Assembly (NCBI GenBank): GCA_049646905.1
Contig: JBARWP010000293.1
Span: 1 to 61,979 of the forward strand
Source: Pseudaminobacter sp.
Lineage (GTDB): Bacteria; Pseudomonadota; Alphaproteobacteria; Rhizobiales; Rhizobiaceae
Reading direction: 5' to 3'
Length of the DNA: 61,979 nt
Of the stretch, positions 39,770 to 49,207 are shown one piece after another (positions within the stretch are counted from its first letter, which is position 1; every line of letters starts with the position of its first letter). Position numbers and translations under genes: made by a program. Under the pieces are notes generated by a model. The model made no database searches. It was not told the DNA's origin and worked only from the letters and a program-made list of their open reading frames with translations.

Positions 39770-40436
39770 TTTCGAGTTTCCCTTCTCCGTTGACCTCAGA
39801 CACGTTCGCCGGCTGCGACGAGCCGACCATGGCTGACAGCTTCCAGCGGTTGAGAACCTTGATGATGTAGCCGGCTGTCTCCGGAAACTCCGGAATGCCC
39901 TGGCTCTGACGAACGTTTGCAGGCCCAGCATTGTATGCGGCGAGCATCAACAGTGGGTCGCCGAACTCACCGTAGAGCTGCTTCAGATATTTGATGCCGC
40001 CGCGAACGTTCGCCTCGACATCACACCTGTCACGGACGCCAAGATCGCCCGCCGTTGCCGGCATCAGCTGCATGATCCCCACGGCGCCTGCCGACGATTG
40101 CTTGCGCGCCGCGCCATGCCTGCTTTCGACCCAAGCCACCGCATCGGCCAAGTCAGCATCGACACCTTCCTCTGCGGCCACCGCGCGCACGAGGTCGCTT
40201 ACTGCCTTGCTGTCGACTGCCGGACACTCGGTTGCCGCTGGCGACCGCGTCTCAGGCGACTGATGATTCAACGTCACGGTGTACCCGGCAGGTTTCTCGT
40301 TCCGAAACGCCGCTGCCATGCGGGCTGCTACATTTACCGGTTGCAGAGGGTGCCGAGGGACGGCATCCTGCGCATGGCCCTGTGTTGCTAGCGCAACCCC
40401 CGCCGAAACAATTCCGACGAACGAAACTCTGGCCAT
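39732..40436 (-). CDS. virB1: VirB1-like lytic transglycosylase
   Basis: VES...SSAGAVGIMQLMP.TA...N..GG.KYL...LAAYNAGP...PET..Y. Confidence 0.88.
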   Translation of the reverse strand: MARVSFVGIVSAGVALATQGHAQDAVPRHPLQPVNVAARMAAAFRNEKPAGYTVTLNHQSPETRSPAATECPAVDSKAVSDLVRAVAAEEGVDADLADAVAWVESRHGAARKQSSAGAVGIMQLMPATAGDLGVRDRCDVEANVRGGIKYLKQLYGEFGDPLLMLAAYNAGPANVRQSQGIPEFPETAGYIIKVLNRWKLSAMVGSSQPANVSEVNGEGKLENAWKDGHVIEVE

Positions 40437-40677
40437 TGCGTCGCTCCGGTTATTACTTTAACTTACGTCATAACCGCGGCGATCCCGCTCGTCAACAAGC
40501 GACTACAACCATGGCTTTCTTTCTCGTCGGTAATTCGCCCCTTTTGCTGCTGACCATAGCGCGGGCGACCTCAGCGCGTCCAAGCCGCCCGTGTTGCGCC
40601 TTCGGCGCTGCCCGCGCCAGCCGCTTGACGCTTTCGGTCAGCCGCGCACAAATGCAGCCAAAACGGAGAATACCGTC

Positions 40678-41295
40678 ATGAAATTGATCGTTCCCGCTTT
40701 GATTGCCGCCGCTGCCTCGATGAGCGCGGCATCCGCCCAGGACGAGCCGTCACCGTTCGCCGAACCGCGTGTTGAATATCTCAGCCAGTTCGCCGAACCT
40801 CACAAGAAGGTCTTCGTTCTTGAACGCTACGATGCATCCGGCAAGCTCGTAGCTCGCGAGGTCGACGAAATCTCGTCTCCCGTCGAAATCATTGACGCGA
40901 CGCATCGCAAGATCAACGGCGTCGAATATGTCTTGCGCGGCCTGACGTCCTGCCCGTCCAAGAAGGTCATCTACAATCGGGTGCAGACGTGGGATTGCAA
41001 GGACGCCGCGAAAGATGACGCCGGCACGATCTACAACAAGCGCGCCAGCGTAATCCTTTGCAAGACGCTGGTCCTGCAATCGACGCCCGGAACGCCCGAT
41101 CCTGTGTCCTGCTTCGCCCGTGTTGGCGAAGGGTCGGCCAACGATCCGTACGTCGTCGCCAACGACGACGACTCCATGGTCTTCCAGGGCTTTGCTCAGA
41201 TCGCCGTTGACAAGAAGGGCAAGCCGCTTCGCCCCGACCTCCTCGAGTCGGCCGTCATAGGAAAGGAAATGGGCCTTGGCGATACGAGCCAGTAA
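40678..41295 (+). CDS. Secreted protein, possible degenerate SNase-like fold
   Basis: Signal peptide; IIDAT...INGVEYVLRGLTSC...WDC aligns loosely with the neighbouring SNase-like gene. Confidence 0.6.
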   Translation: MKLIVPALIAAAASMSAASAQDEPSPFAEPRVEYLSQFAEPHKKVFVLERYDASGKLVAREVDEISSPVEIIDATHRKINGVEYVLRGLTSCPSKKVIYNRVQTWDCKDAAKDDAGTIYNKRASVILCKTLVLQSTPGTPDPVSCFARVGEGSANDPYVVANDDDSMVFQGFAQIAVDKKGKPLRPDLLESAVIGKEMGLGDTSQ

Positions 41296-41836
41296 TATTC
41301 CTTTGACGGTGACTGCAATCGCCGCGACCCTTCTTCCTGCCCACGGGCAAAAGGTGGCGCCGAGCTTCGCCGTCCCCAAGAATATCACGTTGCAGACCGG
41401 CGACACCTGGGAGTCCGATGGTCAGGTCTACCGCCTGTATGGCGTCCAGTCCTGTATACGCGGCATCATAGCTACCGACACTGCCGGTAACAAACACGAC
41501 TGCGGAAGTCTTTCGCTGGCCCAGCTCGGAGGCTTGTTTCAGACGGCGGCAGTGACTTGCCAACCGATCGGGCGAGCGCGGGACGACGCGATTTTCGCGG
41601 TTTGCGCCGCCGAGATCGAGGGTTCGACAATCGATGTTGGCACAGCCATGATTTCTTCGGGCTTCGCCTTTGCGGCAACCTATCCGGATGGCAACGCCGT
41701 CAACATGAGCTATGTTGTTGCGGAACTGATGGCAAAAGACGCCGGTGAGGGCTTGTGGGCCTATAAATTCCCACATCCCGTCCAGGCGCTTTTGCAGACC
41801 TCGCAGCCCGCGGCTACGAAAGGAGCTGGCCAGTGA
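41276..41836 (+). CDS. Thermonuclease (SNase)-like secreted protein
   Basis: TGDT...RLYGV..C...CG...VTC...A.C...DVG.AMI..G.A...Y...E..AK....GLW. Confidence 0.75.
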   Translation: MAIRASNIPLTVTAIAATLLPAHGQKVAPSFAVPKNITLQTGDTWESDGQVYRLYGVQSCIRGIIATDTAGNKHDCGSLSLAQLGGLFQTAAVTCQPIGRARDDAIFAVCAAEIEGSTIDVGTAMISSGFAFAATYPDGNAVNMSYVVAELMAKDAGEGLWAYKFPHPVQALLQTSQPAATKGAGQ

Positions 41837-42045
41837 CAATGCCTGATTCTCACTACAATCGCCCTATGACAATCGTGCACTCGGAAGGGCTAGAAGCGCA
41901 AAGGCAAGCTGAACGGGATCTCGCCGATCTCCACAGCGGTAACGGTTGGGCTGTAGCTGCCATCATTTTCCTTCTGGCGCTCACGTGGCTTTGCAATCAA
42001 TTTCCCGCTCTAGGCGATTTGCTCCTTAGTCTTTGGTATTCATGA
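41833..42045 (+). CDS. Small membrane protein
   Basis: Overlap-coupled to both neighbours; C-terminal hydrophobic helix. Confidence 0.5.
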   Translation: MTMPDSHYNRPMTIVHSEGLEAQRQAERDLADLHSGNGWAVAAIIFLLALTWLCNQFPALGDLLLSLWYS

Positions 42046-42374
42046 ACAGCATCACGTCCTCTGCCATCGCTCTCGTGATCGGAATCGCCATAGGAATCGG
42101 CGGGACCTATGCACTGACATCGTCTACGTCTGGAAAGTTTCAGTTGGAAATTCCCACTGAGGAAGAAGCTCGCGCGTCGCTTCAAGCCGCGAAGCCCAAT
42201 GATTGGCCGAATCTGCAATTGTCGTTGGGGCTATGCGACAAAGACACCCTGGGACCCGGTGTACGATGCGCCGTTGACGTCACTTATGACGGTCTCGGCG
42301 GCCAAAGGAAGAGACAATCCATCGTCGGCTTTTCTCAAACCCCGAGCGGCTGGATGGCCTCGCTCTATCAATAG
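42042..42374 (+). CDS. Hypothetical exported/membrane-anchored protein
   Basis: N-terminal hydrophobic helix, two Cys; coupled to the upstream ORF. Confidence 0.6.
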   Translation: MNSITSSAIALVIGIAIGIGGTYALTSSTSGKFQLEIPTEEEARASLQAAKPNDWPNLQLSLGLCDKDTLGPGVRCAVDVTYDGLGGQRKRQSIVGFSQTPSGWMASLYQ

Positions 42375-42703
42375 CCGTCATGATCTGAAAACGACTGCAA
42401 AAGCGTCTCCCAGTCCTTCTCGTCCAAACCGCTCGCACCGTCGCGCAGGAGCGTCCGCACATAGGCCGCCTTGGCGGCTACATCGATCATTGACGTAGCT
42501 CTGAAAGCCAACAAAGCGTGTCGCGCTTTCCGCTCCACTCCAACCACTGTTGTGTCGGAGGAACGCGAACGGTCACCACTTCTCTCCTTCACCACTTCCT
42601 CCAACGCCCGGCAGGCTCTTCGATGCCTCGCGATCAGCACCAACAATATCCGGCCGACACGCTCAATGCGCTTGCCGTCTGAAACAACCAGCTTGATATC
42701 CAT
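42368..42703 (-). CDS. Hypothetical protein (paralogue of 44847-45230)
   Basis: RBS GGGAAG; C-terminus AKA.Y...L..G.SGL...DW..LLQSF is shared with the paralogue. Confidence 0.6.
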   Translation of the reverse strand: MDIKLVVSDGKRIERVGRILLVLIARHRRACRALEEVVKERSGDRSRSSDTTVVGVERKARHALLAFRATSMIDVAAKAAYVRTLLRDGASGLDEKDWETLLQSFSDHDGY

Positions 42704-43206
42704 GATCTTCCCTTTCCGCGTAGCGGTCCTGGTCTGCCGCAAGGCAGGGCTGTCCGCCCTGCCCTCGCAGCGTCGCAAGTCAGACCCGGCAGAAAGGGGG
42801 AAAGGCCAAAATCGGAAGGGGGATCACCCACCCGCAGGGACATCCTGAGGGCTGCGAGCAGCCCGGAGGGATGGTGCTGCAACGGCCGCAGGCCGGAAGC
42901 ATGGGGAAGACCGATTTTTGCCTTGTTGGGGAAAGATGGCTGGAACCATCGTTCCCCTCAGCTAACTTAAGAAAGCCCGGGCGATCCGCTACCAGCCGTT
43001 CAAGGCTTCGGCGATCGCCGAACAGGAGCTGCCGAAGCAACTGGCGGACGGTGTCAAAACGACGTTCGGTAGGCAGCCTCCTCACAAATCCGTTTCTCTC
43101 TGACTTCTCTCTGACTTCTCTTCGGAGGCTTGTGCGAAGCGTGTTGACTTTGTGCCGGCGAGCCGCTAGAGAGAAATGATAACCGCAACCAGAGAGGAAT
43201 TACCAA

Positions 43207-43863
43207 ATGACAAACGTATTCAAGACACCCGAGAAGGTGCAGACCCGCTCGCGGCTTTTCAAGGCTGGCGTGGCGACGTTGGAGAAGGCCGGATGGAAAG
43301 TCGAGCGCATCCGCGGGGTCGGGAAGTCCAGCGTCCGTCGGATCACGAGAGGCCCGGAGAGCAAGGTCGTGACGATCCGGACGACCCAGAACACCTGGAT
43401 CGCCTTCCCGCGGAACAAGGACGACACCGCCTGGGGGACACTCGCCGACGTCGACGCGGTCGTCGCCGTCTCGGTCGACGAGCACGACAGCCCCCGCTTC
43501 GCGCAGGTCCACATGATCGACGGCGACGAAATGCGCGGCCGCTTCGACCGGGCTTATGCCGCCCGCCACGAGGCCAACTACACGATGCCTCTCGGCCGCG
43601 GCATCTGGCTGTCGCTTTACCAGAAGGAAGCCAAGGACCCGGTGACGCTCGTCGGGGCCGGCGCGGGCCTCGACAACCCGGTCCTCGCCAAGATCCCATT
43701 GGACAGCATCGACGCGGTCGAGCCTGAGACGGCTGCCGAAGCCGAGGATACTGACGAGGCGGACACCGAAGACGCGCCGCTGACGATCGCCGAGGCCAAG
43801 CGCCGCCTCGCGCTGACTTTCGGGGTCTCCCCCGCTAGCATCAAGATCATCGTCGAGGGGTAG
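43207..43863 (+). CDS. Hypothetical protein
   Basis: RBS GAGG, strong codon bias, C-terminal LTIAEAK..LA..FGV.P..I.I...G motif, followed by a terminator. Confidence 0.8.
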   Translation: MTNVFKTPEKVQTRSRLFKAGVATLEKAGWKVERIRGVGKSSVRRITRGPESKVVTIRTTQNTWIAFPRNKDDTAWGTLADVDAVVAVSVDEHDSPRFAQVHMIDGDEMRGRFDRAYAARHEANYTMPLGRGIWLSLYQKEAKDPVTLVGAGAGLDNPVLAKIPLDSIDAVEPETAAEAEDTDEADTEDAPLTIAEAKRRLALTFGVSPASIKIIVEG

Positions 43864-43890
43864 TTCCCCCGATGCCGTATCGGGGATCCA

Positions 43891-43925
43891 AATAGCGGCA
43901 GGGCATCCCCCTCGCCGCTATTTTC
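43891..43925 (+). terminator. Terminator-like hairpin between convergent genes
   Basis: AATAGCGGC...GCCGCTATT followed by TTT. Confidence 0.55.
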
Positions 43926-43936
43926 CTGCTAGCACC

Positions 43937-44326
43937 TTACTTACCGAGTCCTTCGAGCGTCTGCGCGACGAACTCCCAACCTTCCCGCGTCACGACGAAC
44001 TCTCCGGCGATCTCGTCGACCGTCAGGTAGCCCTTCTTCACGAGGGCGCCCGCGACCCAAACGTCGGGCCGGAAGAAGGTACCGTGCATCTCGATGCCGC
44101 GCAGATGGATGCGGCCGCCGGAAAAGACCAGGTACGCCATGAACAGCGCCCGGGTGCGCGGCGTGTCGTTCTTCGCGTCATTGTTGTCCTGTCCCCAGTT
44201 TCCGTAGTCGGCGAGGTTCTCGTACGGGTATTGGTTGAAGCTTTTCGCCGAGGACGGCTTGCCGTCTATTGCGACCGCGAGCGCGTCGATGATCCGCTTC
44301 GCCGTGTCCTTCTCGATATCCAGCAT
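43937..44326 (-). CDS. Hypothetical protein, possible winged helix
   Basis: RBS GGGAGAGG; C-terminal ALVKKGYL...F.VT.EG pattern. Confidence 0.7.
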   Translation of the reverse strand: MLDIEKDTAKRIIDALAVAIDGKPSSAKSFNQYPYENLADYGNWGQDNNDAKNDTPRTRALFMAYLVFSGGRIHLRGIEMHGTFFRPDVWVAGALVKKGYLTVDEIAGEFVVTREGWEFVAQTLEGLGK

Positions 44327-44846
44327 GCCTGCCCTCCCCGTTGTCGCTGTCACGCCGGTAATCGAGACTCGACATAGCACATCATGAAGGCACTCGCATG
44401 CTGACCTTCGCCGCCTCTACGTCGTCTTCGGCACCGCCTTCCTGACGGCCTCCTTGTAGATCGTCGGCAACCTCAAGAAGGCAAGCTAGCCCACAATTCC
44501 CCGCGCATAGTCACGGTCGCGCTGGCGCGTGGCCCGCCGCCCTGCTGTGGCTGGTCGGCGCGGCAGCCTGGGACATTGTGGACGGCTGACCGGGCGTTGA
44601 ACCTTTTCGCCGCCGGTCCCGTTCTCGCCGCGAAGGAGGCAGCCAAGTAGTCCCGGGAGGATACGCGGACGTTGGGTGGGTTCGCTACCGGATCGCTGGT
44701 CCAGCTCGCGCAGTCACGGTTCAGACGGAACCCAAGAGTTGCACCCTGGACGGGCTGCATAAGGCAGCCAGGGCCTCACGCAATAGAGGCTCGGCAGTCG
44801 CTCGCAGCGCAGTGTTCCGAAAGGCACTTTGCCCGCGCATGCCTGC

Positions 44847-45230
44847 TTAAGAGAAAGCGCCCGCGCCCACCGGGGTAGGGTCGACAAACGACTGCAAGAG
44901 CAGATTCCAATCGGCGTCTTCCAATCCGCTGTCGCCCTCGTTGAGCAACCAGCGGAGGTGCGTGGCTTTGGCAGCGCAATCCTCGATGCTTTCGACCGCA
45001 AATCGAAGCATCTCGTCCCGTGCATGCTCTTCTTGGGCAAGGAGCTCGTTCAGTCGCATTTCGAGCCGCGCTGAAAACCGATTTTCCGTTTCGCACTCGA
45101 CGAGCCGCCGACACAGACGCTCCACCTGCTCTCTCAACTGACGATGCCGTCGAAGTATCGTTATGAGCGGCCTTTCAGCGATAGGATCCTCAAAGCGTTC
45201 ACCATTAAACGTTACGACAGCCAGAGTCAT
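44847..45230 (-). CDS. Hypothetical protein (paralogue of 42368-42703)
   Basis: C-terminus AKA.HL..LL..GDSGLEDADW.LLLQSF. Confidence 0.6.
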   Translation of the reverse strand: MTLAVVTFNGERFEDPIAERPLITILRRHRQLREQVERLCRRLVECETENRFSARLEMRLNELLAQEEHARDEMLRFAVESIEDCAAKATHLRWLLNEGDSGLEDADWNLLLQSFVDPTPVGAGAFS

Positions 45231-45307
45231 ATCGCGCATCCTCAATCGGCACCTGAATGCCTCGTCAGAAATGCTCCCCGCGATTCGAGTGATAGCCCGA
45301 TATCGGT

Positions 45308-45342
45308 CAGAAAAAAGGGGGCGACGTCGCCCCCTTTTTCTG
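45308..45342. terminator. Bidirectional rho-independent terminator
   Basis: AAAAAA-GGGGGCGACGTCGCCCCC-TTTTT. Confidence 0.75.
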
Positions 45343-45453
45343 GTGCTAAAATGGCATGCACCTTGACTCAAAATGAGGCACACCAGGCGGGCTTTCGATC
45401 AGCTATCAGCCCCCGCCGGAATAATCATCGCAACCAGTCCAGACACGGCAATC

Positions 45454-46035
45454 CTAAAATTGCGCGAATCTGTCTTTGACCTTGTTCAGGAAGCGGGCTC
45501 GGCTCCTGTCGGTTGAGCGATCCATGTCGTAGTGGGCGAGATATTGCACTGGTGCCATCGGCCTGATCTGGGATCGTAGCAACCGTTTCACCACTTTGCG
45601 CGGAGGATCGCCCGCGAGGAGGGTGTGAGCCCTCGGCGCCCCATAGGTCATGACCGCCGCGAGCTTCGTGATGTTGGTGAGCTTTGGCCTAACTCGGCCG
45701 TTAACCAGAGCGAACGCCACGCCAGGAAGCCAAACGCGATCAAAATAGCCTTTGAGGATCGCGGGAAACCCAAGTGTCCAAACCGGCGAAACGATGACAA
45801 GCGCGTTCGCCTCTTCCAACCGCCGCACGTAGCTCGCCACGGCCCGCCGGTTGTCGGGAATCTCGTAGTAGCCGATGCGATCCTGATAGCTCATCACAGG
45901 ATCGAAGCCTTCCGCATAGAGGTTGCAATTGTCGACGGTGTGCCCCGCCGTTTCAAGGCCGGCGACCGTCTCCCGATGCAGCGCCGCCCCGTAACTTGAA
46001 TCGTCCGGATGAGCATGCAGAACCAATACCCTCAT
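45454..46035 (-). CDS. Flavodoxin-fold NAD(P)H dehydrogenase (quinone)-like
   Basis: MRVLVLHAHP...S...LY.EGFDPV...P.W..GFPAILKGYFDRVW.PG.AF. Confidence 0.9.
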   Translation of the reverse strand: MRVLVLHAHPDDSSYGAALHRETVAGLETAGHTVDNCNLYAEGFDPVMSYQDRIGYYEIPDNRRAVASYVRRLEEANALVIVSPVWTLGFPAILKGYFDRVWLPGVAFALVNGRVRPKLTNITKLAAVMTYGAPRAHTLLAGDPPRKVVKRLLRSQIRPMAPVQYLAHYDMDRSTDRSRARFLNKVKDRFAQF

Positions 46036-46100
46036 CCCCATCACACCTCTCACTTCTGCTAAGCCACCCCGACGAAACTGCATGCCAAGTCGTGCCGCGC

Positions 46101-47372
46101 CTACACACGGCTCAGCGGAAAATCGAACTGGACGGATGTGCCGCGCCCGGCGGCGGAGTCGAGCCGCAGCTTCCCCTTCATGCAGCGCACCAGATCCACT
46201 ATACTGGCCAAGCCCATGCCAGTGTGATTGCCACCACGCGTCGAGAAGAATGGCATCGTGGCATTTTTCCTGACGTTTTCAGTCATCCCGTTGCCGTTGT
46301 CTTCGACGCTCATGATCAGACGCCTCGCGCCGATCAGAGGTTTGTGGAGTCGACCACGTATTGTTATTTGCGGGTATTCCCGACCTTCCATCGCGGCCTC
46401 CGCGTTTCGCACCAACTCACTCAGGATCACGTGAAACTGGGACGCCGGTACACGGGCACCAAGCGCTTCGTCGCTGACGTCCAGTTTCAGGATTTCATGT
46501 CGTTCGACATTTCCAGCAATGCCTGAGAGCAGCGCTGAAAGGGATTTCAGTTGACTTCCTAGGGTCCCCTTCGGTTGCTCGTAGGCCATAATGATATCCC
46601 GCAAGCGGGTATTCATTCTTTCGAGATCCCTGGCGGCCGCTTGCGCTTGATCGATCATGCCCTTGTCGGGAGCCTCACCCTCTTTCACCTCGTCGAGAAA
46701 AAGCCTGAGCGCGCTGATATGGGACGTCGTCGTGTGCGCAAACAGGCTGGAGAATGAGCGCAGATGCTGCTCCTTCCACTGGACGAAACGCGACTGCCAG
46801 GCGGAACCGACCGCGATCAGCACGATCGTGGCTAAGCCCATGACCAGCACAAAGCCCAGGCGTCTATTCCGCTCTTCCGTGCGCGCGGCATCGCTATATG
46901 CGGTCATGTGCTCAAGAGCAGCGTTGGAAACACGGAACATGTCCGACCTCAACTCGGTCAGCTGCGCCAGCGCTTTGCTATAGTTTTTACTTGCCTCCTG
47001 TGTCGCAGGAACGACCGCGGTTTCAATCACTTCCAGCGCGTTCGTCAGCCGTCCGATATCCCGTTCGCCGAGATAGCGGCCGATATATTCCAGTGACAAT
47101 GTTTGCCGGACATTGTGCGCCAAGTGACGAACGTCCCGGTTTATCCGGGGCAACTTTTTTCCAGTGGCGAGCGCAATCTGAAGCTCTGTCATGACACCCG
47201 TCAGGCGTTCCCGAATCTGGGCCGCTCGCCATTGGATTTCATATGTCTCTTGCAGCACCTGACTTGTCTGCTGGTGCTGCCGGTCCGCTTGAAAAAACGC
47301 CCACACGCTGACTGCTACAGCGCCCATCAACACTAGGTAGAGGACGTCGACGAAACTGATCCGTCTCATCAT
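46101..47372 (-). CDS. Sensor histidine kinase
   Basis: Two TM segments, atypical H-box (FAHTTTS), N-box ELVRNA, DNGNGM, PFFST, TGMGL. Confidence 0.88.
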   Translation of the reverse strand: MMRRISFVDVLYLVLMGAVAVSVWAFFQADRQHQQTSQVLQETYEIQWRAAQIRERLTGVMTELQIALATGKKLPRINRDVRHLAHNVRQTLSLEYIGRYLGERDIGRLTNALEVIETAVVPATQEASKNYSKALAQLTELRSDMFRVSNAALEHMTAYSDAARTEERNRRLGFVLVMGLATIVLIAVGSAWQSRFVQWKEQHLRSFSSLFAHTTTSHISALRLFLDEVKEGEAPDKGMIDQAQAAARDLERMNTRLRDIIMAYEQPKGTLGSQLKSLSALLSGIAGNVERHEILKLDVSDEALGARVPASQFHVILSELVRNAEAAMEGREYPQITIRGRLHKPLIGARRLIMSVEDNGNGMTENVRKNATMPFFSTRGGNHTGMGLASIVDLVRCMKGKLRLDSAAGRGTSVQFDFPLSRV

Positions 47373-47950
47373 TTGACCGGTCGCACAGCGATAACCCACC
47401 ACACCCACAAATTATTGCGGGCGGGAATGTACGACGCCGGCAGGTTGTCGTACGGCCAGACGACGAAAAACGGCCCGGACTCGTCGATGTCGAGCGGGCG
47501 GTAGGTGTCGTCGGCGTCGCACTTCCCGGTCTGCCGATCTGAGTCCGTGCATTCCTTTTCATACGCGATCATGGGAGCATAGCTGTCGATGTCCGCCTTC
47601 GGCACTCGTGCCATAAAGCCATCGTCCGCGCGGACCTCTACTGCCGCGTGTTCATCGAGGTCATGCTTGGCCAACAAATCCTTGAGAAAAACGCCTCGAA
47701 ACCGCACGATCTCTCCCGTCTTCGTCCATGGCGTGCGAGTCGCGCGCTCGCGCACCGGGAACTGTTTTTTCATCATGTCGATGCCGTAGGAGGCCAATTG
47801 GGTTCCCGCGTCCGTCTCGATGACCAGTTTCTCGGGATCGGTCACCGCAGATGTAACCTGGGCGAAACTGACGGTGGCGACCGCACCGGCGAACGCAATC
47901 GCGACGGTCGGCGCAGCAAGATGAAGGCCCAGGAGCTTGTTTTTCAACAT
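47369..47950 (-). CDS. Periplasmic molybdopterin-binding-oxidoreductase-like protein
   Basis: Signal peptide; TPWT...FRGV.LKDLL...ADDGF...GPF.VVWP...W.W.V..V; ATGA-coupled to the kinase. Confidence 0.7.
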   Translation of the reverse strand: MLKNKLLGLHLAAPTVAIAFAGAVATVSFAQVTSAVTDPEKLVIETDAGTQLASYGIDMMKKQFPVRERATRTPWTKTGEIVRFRGVFLKDLLAKHDLDEHAAVEVRADDGFMARVPKADIDSYAPMIAYEKECTDSDRQTGKCDADDTYRPLDIDESGPFFVVWPYDNLPASYIPARNNLWVWWVIAVRPVK

Positions 47951-47955
47951 GGTCG

Positions 47956-48636
47956 TCAGATCATACTTTTCGGCAGGAGCCCGTTTCGGGCCAGTTTGGC
48001 GCGGGCGGTTTTGTAGTACTTCCTGACCGTTTCATCCGATTCCAATCCCCATGACTCTCGCGCCTGCTCGAACACTTCAGCGCGCGTTGTTCCTGGCGAG
48101 CGCTGCAGCACACGATTGAAGATCTCCTCTTCGCGTTGCGTCAGATCGGAATAGTGCAGACGGAAATCCGCCTCCGACTCTTCAGCCTCCGGCAGCTGAG
48201 CAACGAATTCGCCCTCGGCGGCGCGCCCAAGGATGTTTTGCAGCAGATCCGAACCAAGTCCGCTTTTGCCGATATAGGCGGCGCATCCGAGACGGCGGCA
48301 TTCTTCAGATTCATCGACAGTTGGTGACCCGGTCATGACAATGTGGGTCGATTCGCTGGCCGCAGCTGCAACTTCCCGGATCACGGTCAGTCGATCGGCC
48401 TCTGACGTGGGGTCAAAACCGGGTAACCCGACATCCGTGACGATGAGATCGAACTCATTGTCTCGCAGCAAATGCTTTGCACGCTCGAGCGTCCCGGCGA
48501 CCAGTACCAGGGTCTGCTTGCTGAAAAATCTCTTGAGGCGGCGTTGAAGCATGTCGCCATAAAGGGGCTGGTCCTCGATCACCAGCACTTGAAAAATCTG
48601 CATTCGACACCTCGCTGCCGATTCCGAAGCCGCCAT
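47956..48636 (-). CDS. Response regulator (receiver domain + LuxR-like HTH)
   Basis: VLVIED, IVTD.GLPG, MTG, K; C-terminal LTQRE.EI...TVR.Y...A.AKL. The true start may be 48603. Confidence 0.85.
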   Translation of the reverse strand: MAASESAARCRMQIFQVLVIEDQPLYGDMLQRRLKRFFSKQTLVLVAGTLERAKHLLRDNEFDLIVTDVGLPGFDPTSEADRLTVIREVAAAASESTHIVMTGSPTVDESEECRRLGCAAYIGKSGLGSDLLQNILGRAAEGEFVAQLPEAEESEADFRLHYSDLTQREEEIFNRVLQRSPGTTRAEVFEQARESWGLESDETVRKYYKTARAKLARNGLLPKSMI

Positions 48637-48985
48637 TTGCGACCGCGGATTCGGAGATGATGTCGCCCCCTGCTACCGTTGATTGTCGTACTTTAATTGA
48701 GGTTTGTGTCAAGCTTTTCGCTGCTGCTTTTTTGAACGATGGCTGGGGCAGCCGCGGGGAACTGTGTCTTCCCGGCATCACATGACGCGCTACGTTTTGC
48801 AATTCCCCGCCTAGCTCCGCAATGCCTTGCCGACGAGGACCGGCGCAGTCTTGCTCGCCTTCCCTCATGTGAATCCGGGGATGCTGTGGGGAGCGACAAC
48901 GTCGCAGAGGTGAACAATTTGGCTGTTTTTTTTGCCTGTCCGGACGCGGCGATTGGCTGGTATCGATTGGACGGGAACAGTCCCC

Positions 48986-49207
48986 CTAGCGGCGAAAAAA
49001 TCTCATGCCGGCGCAACGGCGGCAAGGCTCAGCTGCGTATCCCACACCGTTCTTGATCACGGCGGCGTCGCGATCGTTTTCGAGCGCCTGCAGCCCGACG
49101 CCGTGACACGATACGCAAGGCACGCTGCCTTGCTGATCCTTGCCAAGTTCAGCGGCCCACCATCGGAGTTCTCGACGCTGCCTTGGGTTCAAACTGTCCG
49201 GTGTCAT
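48986..49207 (-). CDS. Small zinc-finger-like protein (CxxCxGxG...CxxCxG)
   Basis: CVSCHGVG and CRRCAG; ATGA-coupled to the upstream gene. Confidence 0.55.
   Translation of the reverse strand: MTPDSLNPRQRRELRWWAAELGKDQQGSVPCVSCHGVGLQALENDRDAAVIKNGVGYAAEPCRRCAGMRFFRR

Noticed and set aside
44400..44840. Short ORFs between the orphan genes
   Set aside because: No motif, RBS or convincing composition; treated as intergenic or decayed sequence.
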